DNA from: a virus | DNA length: 36,118 bases | Virus record (IMG/VR): IMGVR_UViG_2788499801_000001 | Coordinates: 1-36,118 of that record | Direction: 5' to 3' (one strand) | In this document: piece after piece, positions 24,227-32,277 of the stretch | Layout of the letters: every line of letters begins with the position of its first letter | Position numbering within the stretch: position 1 is the stretch's first letter | The notes under the pieces: generated by a model | What the model was told of the DNA's origin: nothing | What the model saw: only the letters and a program-made list of their open reading frames with translations | The model's database searches: none | Translations under genes and position numbers: made by a program

Positions 24227-25177
24227 TTAAGCTGAAGTGCCTTCAATTACAAAGTGAGACGCACGTCTACAGGTCAATAATGCACCTGACCATAAAACCG
24301 GCGTTACTTCATAAGTGGCGTTTTGGATTTCTCGATTGCTACCGCTTGACCACTTGCGGCCTGGATCACAAACGAGCGTGAGGTCTGAAGTGTTCAACCC
24401 ATACATTCTCTTGGTTGAGCATGTTGGATCAAACAACACCATTGCACTCTGAAAGCGCAAGCCTTCAAAGTTCAACACATCGGCTTTATCCCATGTGGTA
24501 TAACGCTGGTCAGCCTGCAAAGAATCATTGTAGTAGGTAAACATATTGTTACCTGCAACAATCAGATTCGGCTTGTCAGCACCACGAATGGTGTCAAGCC
24601 AGATCCCTGTCATCGTGCTAACGATGTTTGAGGAACTTGCTGTCGTGCTGGTGTTATAGAGATTGCGCCAGAAAGCATAGGTAGAAGCATCAATCCCGCC
24701 TACCGTGCCGGTAGTTGGGTCATCTGCGACAATCGCCTGCAAACCAACAATCTCATTCGCCCCGGTGCCATCAGCATACAGGGAAGTTGAGAAATCATTG
24801 GCAAGCGTGGCTTTAAGTGCGCGGATCTTCTGATTGACCAGATTAACCGCTTGTGCTTTACCACGATTGGCTTGCTTTTCTGACTCTGTGAAATAAATAA
24901 ACCCTGCTTGAAAAGCACGGCTCCATTCTGACGCGTCCACCTGGTTTGAAACCGGAATCATAAACGATTCCATACCGCCATCATAAAACTTGGCAGTATC
25001 GTTTTCATCAAAGATGGTTGGCTCGACATAAGTACGTCCACCAGTGCGCGTTTCAATCTTGCCTTCTTTTTTCAGATAGGCCAATAGCGCATTGTTGTTC
25101 GTAACATCATCGGCTACATCAGAGCTACGAGATCGTAAGGTCGTAGCAGCCAGTTGACCTAAATTGGGGTCAGCCAT
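24227..25177 (-). CDS. Major capsid protein
   Basis: 316 aa, directly after the scaffold-like gene. Segments LYADGTGANEIVGLQAIV...GTVGGIDASTYAFWRN resemble HK97-fold podovirus coat proteins I recall. Confidence 0.75.
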   Translation of the reverse strand: MADPNLGQLAATTLRSRSSDVADDVTNNNALLAYLKKEGKIETRTGGRTYVEPTIFDENDTAKFYDGGMESFMIPVSNQVDASEWSRAFQAGFIYFTESEKQANRGKAQAVNLVNQKIRALKATLANDFSTSLYADGTGANEIVGLQAIVADDPTTGTVGGIDASTYAFWRNLYNTSTTASSSNIVSTMTGIWLDTIRGADKPNLIVAGNNMFTYYNDSLQADQRYTTWDKADVLNFEGLRFQSAMVLFDPTCSTKRMYGLNTSDLTLVCDPGRKWSSGSNREIQNATYEVTPVLWSGALLTCRRASHFVIEGTSA

Positions 25178-25196
25178 AATGTGTTACCTCTTGCTG

Positions 25197-26132
25197 CTAT
25201 GCAGCTGCTTGTTTATCGTATTCGGCTTCGATTTGTTCCTTCATGGTCATGCTGGAATCATCAGAGCCGGTCGGTGTGCCCGAGGCACGTTTTGCAGCAG
25301 CCTTGGCCTTTTTCGCATCCTGCGCTTTCTGTGCGGTTTCATCTGCAACCTTTTTGGCCTGTGCTTGTGCCTGAATATCAGGATTCAGCTTGCAGGCCAT
25401 TTGATAGGCTTCATCAAGATCATTAGCCGCGCCACCCTGTATAAGCTGTGTCATCATCGGCTGAACTGTCTGAAACTCTGGGTGCGTCAAGTTACCGCTT
25501 GCATCTGTTGCATTTGCGAATGACTGTATTTGCTGGTTTATATCGTTAGCAACCCCCTGTCGCGCTTGCAGCATGTTGTTGTGCTGTGCGCGTTCAAGCT
25601 GCTCGATTCTTTGTGCTTGCGCTATTTCGCCTGGTGAACGATAGGGGGCGTTTTCCCCGATGTTCGCCAGGTCAAGGTTATACTGCTTTGCAAGCCCCTG
25701 TATGGTTTCTGCCGGATTACTGTTTAACTGTTGGTAGTAACCCAGTAGTTGCCGCATGAATGCAGGGCCATTAGTACCCTGTAAATTCATCTGGTTTTGG
25801 AATGGGCTAAAAATAGCGTCCCAATCCTCAGCGCGTTTGCGGAAATCAGCCGATTCCCGCTTTAACTCGCCGGTATATGATTCGGTTTTGTTGTACTGGT
25901 CTAAAATCGACTGCTGGTAGTCCCTGCCACCCTCTACAGTGCCATAAGCATCAAATGCAGCCTTGGCCCCTTCCTCCCACATATGAGGCGCAGATAACGG
26001 GTCTGGTGGCGGCTCTTCAATTACTTCTTCGACTATCTCAGTTTCGACAATTTCGGTTTCTTCAGATTGGGCATCATACGCGGATTCTAGATCATCCTGT
26101 AATGTACCCTGCTGATCAGTATCAGTGGTCAT
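25197..26132 (-). CDS. Scaffolding protein
   Basis: 311 aa. Acidic N-terminus (EETEIVETEIVEEVIEE), a long helical Q/A/K-rich body, AGGAG SD. Upstream of the capsid gene. Confidence 0.65.
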   Translation of the reverse strand: MTTDTDQQGTLQDDLESAYDAQSEETEIVETEIVEEVIEEPPPDPLSAPHMWEEGAKAAFDAYGTVEGGRDYQQSILDQYNKTESYTGELKRESADFRKRAEDWDAIFSPFQNQMNLQGTNGPAFMRQLLGYYQQLNSNPAETIQGLAKQYNLDLANIGENAPYRSPGEIAQAQRIEQLERAQHNNMLQARQGVANDINQQIQSFANATDASGNLTHPEFQTVQPMMTQLIQGGAANDLDEAYQMACKLNPDIQAQAQAKKVADETAQKAQDAKKAKAAAKRASGTPTGSDDSSMTMKEQIEAEYDKQAAA

Positions 26133-26144
26133 GGTTATCTCCTG

Positions 26145-26519
26145 TTAAATGCCAAGTTCTCTTCGCGCCCATGTATCAACATCCTTCCTCACGCTCTCAG
26201 GGCCACGTGATTGTTCACTCAAATCTTTTACGTTCTGCTCAGCCGCATTACGCTGGTCTTTTGTCTGCATTAATTCATGTGCACTTACCAAACCTTCACG
26301 CGCCATAATTTCGCGCCGCTGCGACTTGCTGGTCACGCCCTCGTTGGTAACAGGGCAGCGGTAATAGATGGGTCTGTCTACATAACCCATTGGTGCTTTT
26401 TTGATCACAATCGGCATGTGTTCGCCACAACAAACAGGCGCATTGGTATGCCTGTCATCTATTTTGTTCACGCGCTCAGTTTCGCTCCCGCAAGATTTGC
26501 AGGCGTAGTCATATATCAA
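26145..26519 (-). CDS. FmdB-like zinc-ribbon protein
   Basis: 124 aa. TTG start. The N-terminal IYDYACKSCG ... PVCCGEHM resembles the FmdB-type CxxC ribbon. Confidence 0.55.
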   Translation of the reverse strand: MIYDYACKSCGSETERVNKIDDRHTNAPVCCGEHMPIVIKKAPMGYVDRPIYYRCPVTNEGVTSKSQRREIMAREGLVSAHELMQTKDQRNAAEQNVKDLSEQSRGPESVRKDVDTWARRELGI

Positions 26520-26536
26520 AGTGCTATACTCTCTGT

Positions 26537-26740
26537 ATGAATTTCAAAGATGAAATCGTTGTTGCTGTAACGATGATTACCGCTACAGCACTGGCGCTCA
26601 CAGCACAAACCACACTGCCTATCTGGGTGGGACTTCTGATTGCTGCTGGAATATCAACGCTTGTTATTGGTATTGATCTTTTTCTAAAACTTATCAGTTC
26701 CAAGTACCGCAGGAGCAGAGACAACACCAGCCGCCCTTGA
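26537..26740 (+). CDS. Opposite-strand 67-aa two-TM protein with a basic C-terminus (holin-like topology); speculative
   Basis: Two hydrophobic helices, IVVAVTMITATALALTA and LPIWVGLLIAAGISTLVIGIDLFL, then KYRRSRDNTSRP. An extended -10 (TGcTATACT, 26522-26530) lies 6 nt before the ATG. It fills a 164-nt gap in the late operon and overlaps the 709-aa gene end by 57 nt. Confidence 0.3.
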   Translation: MNFKDEIVVAVTMITATALALTAQTTLPIWVGLLIAAGISTLVIGIDLFLKLISSKYRRSRDNTSRP

Positions 26741-28813
26741 TAGCGGGCCTGTCACCCTTGGTGGTGTAATCAACTCAGTACGCCGTATGTTTCCAAAATT
26801 GATGTTCCCCGGTTCCATACTATCGGCAATCTTGCGTAATCCCGCCATTTCCATACCTGTTGAGCCAATACGTTTGGCAAATGCGGTTGCACTGCCTGAA
26901 AACGCTTGTAACAATGAGTAAAACCGATTGGCTGAAGCTGTGCCTGAGAAATTCTTACCATAAACATCGCCCATACGCCTTGCAATGCTGATAATGTCCT
27001 GCATCTGCGCCCATGACTGACTACCCTCGCCGCCAAATAACTCGGCTAATCGCTTCATGCCCTCAACACCAGTTTTGCCTGATTTAAGCCCCAGGGCAGA
27101 CAGAAACTGGTTGGGGTTGAATATGAAATCAGCCCCACCGGAAGGCGCACCCATCAGCCCCGCATCTACCGCATCGTTGAGCATACCGCCCCGAATTTTA
27201 GGCAGCATATCCGGTAGGTTCTTATCAAGAAATCCCACCACATACCGAGCTTGGCTCGGACGCATACGGGATAACTTATCAAAAACCTGCTCTGGTGCAA
27301 TCTTGTTGAAGTTCATCAGGTCAGTAGCAAATTCCTCACCCACCATCTTGCCCAGTGCCGATTGCTGCACAGAGTCGATCTGTTCAGAGAATTTACGCCA
27401 GCCTGCATTGGCATTTTTTACCAGACCGGCAATCGTGGTATCACCTACAGCGGCCTCATCCATATCCTTCATTAGCGCATTGTAAATACGCCGTTTCAGC
27501 ACCATGTCATATTTTCTTGTAACATCATCAAATACATTTCCCGCGCTGAATTGGCTGTAATTCTGCAAGCGGCCAAGGGCTTCCTGTGCCGTGTATCCAC
27601 CCTGTTTATCAATGGTATCCAACATCCTGCGGGCCTGTGTTGCTGCCTTGACAACATCGCCGCCCTCTTGTGTTCCTGCTTTTTGAATAATACTGTTTAA
27701 TTCATCGTACAAATGACGCGGCTGGACTATCTTTTCGCCTTTTGCAAGTTCATCAATCATGCCGTATGTCTTACGACCAAATGCTGATCTTTGCGCTGCC
27801 AGATCCCGTACAAAATTAGTTACCCGTCCCTGTAGCTCAGTTGCCACTTCAGGACTTTGGTCTGCACCCGCAATCTTGCGGATAAATTGTTTGAACTGGT
27901 TGGCCCTTGTCATATCCCCCTGTGCTACACGACCAGCAGAAGCAAACGACTCACGCGCCCGCTGTTCCATAAATCGTAAAGCCTTGTTACCGGAAGCCTG
28001 CCCAGGTGTTAGCTGTACACCCGATCCCTGCGCCAATCTCACGCCCTCACGCGCATCTATGGCCTGCCCCCTCATTGCAGTCTCTAACATGTCATTAGGT
28101 GCGTTTGCAGCCCTTCTGGGCGCATTTGCAATGCCAGTACCACCACGCATTAACGCCTGAACGCCGGTATTGGCAGTGCCACCAACAACAGTACCAAATC
28201 CTGTCTGTAGTGCCTTGCCCTTCCAGAAATTATCATCCAGAACAGGGAACACAGAACCCTCAAGCGCACCGGCAGTGCCGCCCTCGATGAATGGCGCAAC
28301 TGCACCGGGAACCAATGGCGCAGCTTTGGCTGCAATTTTCAAACCCAACCCACCTGGGGCCATTGAGCCTAAAACATTACCTGTAATCACGCCTGCTTGG
28401 CCTGATGCAGTATCCGCCAAACCACCTTCCTGATAATACTTTTCACGCTCAGAAATGATTGAATCAATGTTCTCGGTGTCCATGCCGGGAATAACATGGC
28501 TGGCAAGCTGCCGCGCACCATAAGCAACATCCTCTAAACCCTTATCAAGTGCTGTCCCATACCTTTCAATGCCACTCATATCGTCTACAGGGCTTACAAA
28601 CAGGTCTTGTGGGTTCATTCCAAGGGCTTCAGCCCTGCGGGATAGATTGCCCCTATCGGTATTCAGATAACCACCACGAACACGCGACACATTTGATTGT
28701 GATGATTTAATGTCATCAAAAATGATAACCAGTTCTTCTTCAGTTGGTGCAGAATCGCCCTCAAGAACAATGGTTTTGCCCGATTCTGGATCTGTTACCT
28801 TGTATCTGCCCAC
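26684..28813 (-). CDS. Large internal virion / ejection protein
   Basis: 709 aa. GTG start with GAGGA SD. Gly/Ala-rich segment followed by long helical regions. Largest gene of the block between the fibre and scaffold genes. Confidence 0.5.
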   Translation of the reverse strand: MGRYKVTDPESGKTIVLEGDSAPTEEELVIIFDDIKSSQSNVSRVRGGYLNTDRGNLSRRAEALGMNPQDLFVSPVDDMSGIERYGTALDKGLEDVAYGARQLASHVIPGMDTENIDSIISEREKYYQEGGLADTASGQAGVITGNVLGSMAPGGLGLKIAAKAAPLVPGAVAPFIEGGTAGALEGSVFPVLDDNFWKGKALQTGFGTVVGGTANTGVQALMRGGTGIANAPRRAANAPNDMLETAMRGQAIDAREGVRLAQGSGVQLTPGQASGNKALRFMEQRARESFASAGRVAQGDMTRANQFKQFIRKIAGADQSPEVATELQGRVTNFVRDLAAQRSAFGRKTYGMIDELAKGEKIVQPRHLYDELNSIIQKAGTQEGGDVVKAATQARRMLDTIDKQGGYTAQEALGRLQNYSQFSAGNVFDDVTRKYDMVLKRRIYNALMKDMDEAAVGDTTIAGLVKNANAGWRKFSEQIDSVQQSALGKMVGEEFATDLMNFNKIAPEQVFDKLSRMRPSQARYVVGFLDKNLPDMLPKIRGGMLNDAVDAGLMGAPSGGADFIFNPNQFLSALGLKSGKTGVEGMKRLAELFGGEGSQSWAQMQDIISIARRMGDVYGKNFSGTASANRFYSLLQAFSGSATAFAKRIGSTGMEMAGLRKIADSMEPGNINFGNIRRTELITPPRVTGPLSRAAGVVSAPAVLGTDKF

Positions 28814-28815
28814 TA

Positions 28816-29931
28816 CTATTCCTCAGTAACCGTAAAACGTCCGATGGTTGTTTCTGCTGTTTTATAGGGTTTATATTTGCCCTTCATATCCCAACCGCTA
28901 TCAGACTCTCCTGCATGGTCGTACAATTGCTTGCGTAATGGTTCAAGCTGCTCAGCCATTTCGGGCGCACCGGCCATCAATGTTTTAAGCGCATCGTCAA
29001 ACCATGAATACCACACTTCGGGATGATCACTATCAGAAGGCATGGTTTCGCCTACCCGCGCCCATTCGCCCTCAGTCTGAGAACCTTTCAAAACCCTTGC
29101 ACCCAAGTCTAGAACTTCCATACCGCCAAGCCGGTCAAGTTTTCGTAATATCTGGCTATCCTTGGTATTCGCCAGCTTGCCCAAACCGCGAGACATAAAA
29201 TTAGAGTCCCAGGGGCCAACAGCCGAACTAAAATTGTCATCTGTCAGCATGTCGCTGAATGAGCGCATCTTTTCGATCAGAACGGCTTGCCCTGAGTCTT
29301 TTTCTGCCCGTACGCTCTCTGCGGCCCTGTCCTGTTTAATTGTTGCATCAGTCGGCCCGTATGACGGGGCATCCATCTGCGGTACACCGTCAACAGTCGG
29401 AACAACCTCACCGGCAATGTTCTGCGTACTGTGTGTGGGTGCTTTGGTGGTTACAAGCCCCATCATTTCCGCTGCCCTGCCCTGTTGTTCCTCTGGCAAG
29501 GTCATAATAAATTCATAAAGCCGCTGTTCGTCCGGTCTATTATCGGTTTGGGACTGATAACCCCGGTCAATCTCTTTTTTCTGTGCATAATCCTCTAAAT
29601 CCTGCACCCGCTTTATACCTGCCTGATACTCGGCCATTGCCGCATCATGGCGTGATAGATCGCCCTGCTTGCCCATTGCCTCAGCTAGTGCTTCATTGGC
29701 CTTGTTCATCTTCCGCTTGGCTGCAAATGGGCGTATAGCCTCTGTCAAAGCACTACCCCAGCCATATTGGCCCTGTCTGCGTGGACGCTGATAACTCATA
29801 TCGTTTGCACGCTGTTGCGCCTGCATAGCCTGCATCATTTGCGCCTGTACAGCATCACGGTTATGCGTGGGTGCTGTCGGCCTGCCCATCATGGCCTGAG
29901 CCATCATTTGATCTAACTGAGGATTGCTCAT
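28816..29931 (-). CDS. Internal virion protein candidate
   Basis: 371 aa from ATG 29931, with AGGAG 6 nt upstream overlapping the preceding TAG. The track start at 29988 overlaps the upstream gene by 49 nt. Met/Gln-rich N-terminus. Confidence 0.5.
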   Translation of the reverse strand: MSNPQLDQMMAQAMMGRPTAPTHNRDAVQAQMMQAMQAQQRANDMSYQRPRRQGQYGWGSALTEAIRPFAAKRKMNKANEALAEAMGKQGDLSRHDAAMAEYQAGIKRVQDLEDYAQKKEIDRGYQSQTDNRPDEQRLYEFIMTLPEEQQGRAAEMMGLVTTKAPTHSTQNIAGEVVPTVDGVPQMDAPSYGPTDATIKQDRAAESVRAEKDSGQAVLIEKMRSFSDMLTDDNFSSAVGPWDSNFMSRGLGKLANTKDSQILRKLDRLGGMEVLDLGARVLKGSQTEGEWARVGETMPSDSDHPEVWYSWFDDALKTLMAGAPEMAEQLEPLRKQLYDHAGESDSGWDMKGKYKPYKTAETTIGRFTVTEE

Positions 29932-29939
29932 TGTTGCTC

Positions 29940-31049
29940 CTACAAGAATGCCCCGCCCATACCTAAAATGTCGGTAATCTGGCCCCAAGCGTTCTGGTTC
30001 TGCTGGTTCTGTGCGCTGTAGTTATTCCACTGTGAATTAGATGCTGCATTGGCATTACCAGCAACATCAATCATTGCCGGATTCCAGCCGGGGATAGCAC
30101 CCAGTAAGCCTTGACGGGCATTAAAATAATTCCAATCCTGTTGGTCGTTATAGCCACGATCACGGAAATTAACATTATCCAGCCAGCTTAAATCATTCAT
30201 GTCTGCACGATCCCACAAATAACCCTGGTTAGCATCAAACTGCCTGCCCTGTTCACCCAAACCTGCATCAAACTGCCTGCCCTGTTCATCCAGACCCCAT
30301 CGGCTACGCAATAGCGCGTTAGATAACTGTGAGCGTGCGTTATCCTGCCCAAACATCTGGTTTTGTATGTTGGTGCCAAAACCCATCGCACCAAATGCAG
30401 CTGCCTGCCGTGCGTCGTTCTGGTTGAAATCCATCTGCTGTTTAGCATTGTTGTAAGCCTCAGAACCAACACCCATGCCCCGGTTAATCATGCTTTGGTC
30501 AAAGGCATTAGACTGTTGCTCTAACTGCGGATTTAACCGCGTCATGGCCTGGTTATAAGCAGAATCAATAAACGGTGATAAGCTGTCGTAATCCATCTGG
30601 CTTGCCTGTGGATTAACCGCGCTGACACCACCAATACTGGATTGACCGTTATAACCGCCACGACCACGGCCTGAATAATTCGGCTGTGGTGCAGGTTGTA
30701 CTGTGGGCATGTTAACCGGTTGTGGTGCTGTTCCCGGTCCACCCAGTGTCGGGTTGTCTTTTGCGGGCATGTTTACAGCAGGCATGTTTGTGGGTTGTGG
30801 TGCCTGACCGGGTCCGCCCCATGTCGGGTTGCCGGTTGCGTTCATGCTTACAGGGGGCCCAGCACCTGGGTCCGGAACATCCTGCAATGTCCTCAAATAC
30901 CGTTCTCTGTCCCCCTCCCCGCTTCCGTATCCAGGGTTTCGCGTTGGGTTCCATGTCGTGCCACCTGTTGGCTGCACCGGCATGGTGGTAGGCTGATCAA
31001 CCATTCCCGTATTAGGCTTGTTCATCATTTTGTTTTGATACGCAGCCAT
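29940..31049 (-). CDS. Q/N/G/P-rich low-complexity internal virion protein candidate
   Basis: 369 aa. TAATG overlap with the upstream gene. In-frame tandem repeats: EQGRQFDA x2 and NPT.GGPG.APQP.NMP x2. Confidence 0.5.
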   Translation of the reverse strand: MAAYQNKMMNKPNTGMVDQPTTMPVQPTGGTTWNPTRNPGYGSGEGDRERYLRTLQDVPDPGAGPPVSMNATGNPTWGGPGQAPQPTNMPAVNMPAKDNPTLGGPGTAPQPVNMPTVQPAPQPNYSGRGRGGYNGQSSIGGVSAVNPQASQMDYDSLSPFIDSAYNQAMTRLNPQLEQQSNAFDQSMINRGMGVGSEAYNNAKQQMDFNQNDARQAAAFGAMGFGTNIQNQMFGQDNARSQLSNALLRSRWGLDEQGRQFDAGLGEQGRQFDANQGYLWDRADMNDLSWLDNVNFRDRGYNDQQDWNYFNARQGLLGAIPGWNPAMIDVAGNANAASNSQWNNYSAQNQQNQNAWGQITDILGMGGAFL

Positions 31050-31630
31050 TACCCTCTCCGATCCATCAGTTTTTTAATCCCCGGTGCCGCCGCCGCCATT
31101 GCGCTACCAATCCCATATCCGTTCTGACCATATTGACCGCTATTCAAACTACCAAGCGCATCTGCCATCCGATCACGCCAACCCGGGTCATCCGGCGTTG
31201 AATGTCCCGGCATAACAAAACCCGTTTCTCTAACAGCATCCTCACCCGTTCCGGCCCCCTGACCGGGCATCATTGATTCCCGTGGCGGTGGAATGGGAGA
31301 GCTCGATGGTGGTACATCAGGACTGTATCCCGGTGTTGTGCCGATCTTCTCAGCACGTTTATCCATCAACGTCTGATACATATCCTGCATAGGCTGCGGT
31401 GTATCCCTGCGTGTTGGCCCCTGTTTGACAAAATCCATCTGACTGTCAAGCATCTCCTGCATTTCAGGATTAATGCTTTGGGTCATCGACCATTGCCCGG
31501 ACGGGTCTTCGCTCCACGTTTGAGAGCCGAACGGGTTGTATGAATTGAACCTGTTTAAGTCAGTGTTGTACTTCAGCAATTCCTGAAGATCATACTGTTC
31601 TGGTACTTTCGGGGTGCTTTTTTTACCCAT
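31049..31630 (-). CDS. Internal virion protein candidate
   Basis: 193 aa. Pro/Gly/Met-rich. Abuts the GNAT gene stop. Confidence 0.45.
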   Translation of the reverse strand: MGKKSTPKVPEQYDLQELLKYNTDLNRFNSYNPFGSQTWSEDPSGQWSMTQSINPEMQEMLDSQMDFVKQGPTRRDTPQPMQDMYQTLMDKRAEKIGTTPGYSPDVPPSSSPIPPPRESMMPGQGAGTGEDAVRETGFVMPGHSTPDDPGWRDRMADALGSLNSGQYGQNGYGIGSAMAAAAPGIKKLMDRRG

Positions 31631-32023
31631 CTATATCCACCTGCATTCTGTTTTGATCATGCCAATTACAATAATGTCTCTGTCGCCAAGCGCGTTTCGC
31701 AATCGCCCCTCAACTTTGAAACCTAACCGCCTGTTTATATCCAGCGTCTTTGTATCCAGGGCATCCACACGCCCCGATACCCTTACTAACCCCATCTGCT
31801 TAAACGGATAAGCAAATGAAGCCTTCATAAAAGCCTTACTGATCCACCCTGGTTCACCAGCCATGAACATCTCACAGTCATACTCACTGAAATTATCAAA
31901 GCCGACCACGCCCCAAATGGATCCATCATCCCGTAAGCGCCCAAGGAATATGGCGTTATCTGAAAACGGTATGTTTAGCTTGCTTTCAAGATATGGACGT
32001 AGGTTGCTGTTACTGACCAACAT
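31631..32023 (-). CDS. GNAT-family N-acetyltransferase (RimJ/L-like C-terminal motif)
   Basis: 130 aa. VRVSGRVDALDTKTLDINRRLGFKVEGRLRNALGDRDIIVIGMIKTEC matches the ...N..S..l.eklGF..EG.lr... pattern of Acetyltransf_3-type GNATs. Confidence 0.6.
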   Translation of the reverse strand: MLVSNSNLRPYLESKLNIPFSDNAIFLGRLRDDGSIWGVVGFDNFSEYDCEMFMAGEPGWISKAFMKASFAYPFKQMGLVRVSGRVDALDTKTLDINRRLGFKVEGRLRNALGDRDIIVIGMIKTECRWI

Positions 32024-32091
32024 TTGCTATGTCCGCAAGTACATGGTTTAATACAAGTTAATAGAGTTATCCACAAGCTACAAATAGGACA

Positions 32092-32256
32092 ATGAAAACC
32101 GATGTTAAATATCCAGTTCGCTGCCGGTTGTGCGGTAAATTAATTCGCGAGAAGCCTAGCTTTTGCGCGGTGCAGTCTTGTGGCTTGTCCGTTCCTTTTT
32201 TGCCCCAAAAATCCTATCCCAATTTAAGGCAAACTCCTTTGCTGAAATCTGCTTAG
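32092..32256 (+). CDS. Opposite-strand 54-aa zinc-ribbon-like ORF in an operon gap; speculative
   Basis: MKTDVKYPVRCRLCGKLIREKPSFCAVQSCG..., with AGGA 2 nt before the ATG (poor spacing). Lies in the 254-nt gap between the ART-like and GNAT genes. Confidence 0.2.
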   Translation: MKTDVKYPVRCRLCGKLIREKPSFCAVQSCGLSVPFLPQKSYPNLRQTPLLKSA

Positions 32257-32277
32257 GGCGTTGTTTCGATCCCTTGC

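Noticed and set aside
26524-26727. Same-strand 67-aa ORF in the 709-aa / zinc-ribbon gap
   Set aside because: It starts with GTG inside the 709-aa gene with no SD, and its sequence is the low-complexity antisense of the two-TM frame. I kept it as the alternative to the plus-strand ORF but did not call it.
27057-28433. Several 60-140-aa plus-strand ORFs antisense to the 709-aa gene, with similar ones at 5984-7147, 20631-21611, 29162-29518, 30696-31127 and 35344-35724
   Set aside because: These are typical shadow ORFs opposite Ala/Gly/Thr-rich genes. They lack starts with SDs and would disrupt a continuous coupled operon.
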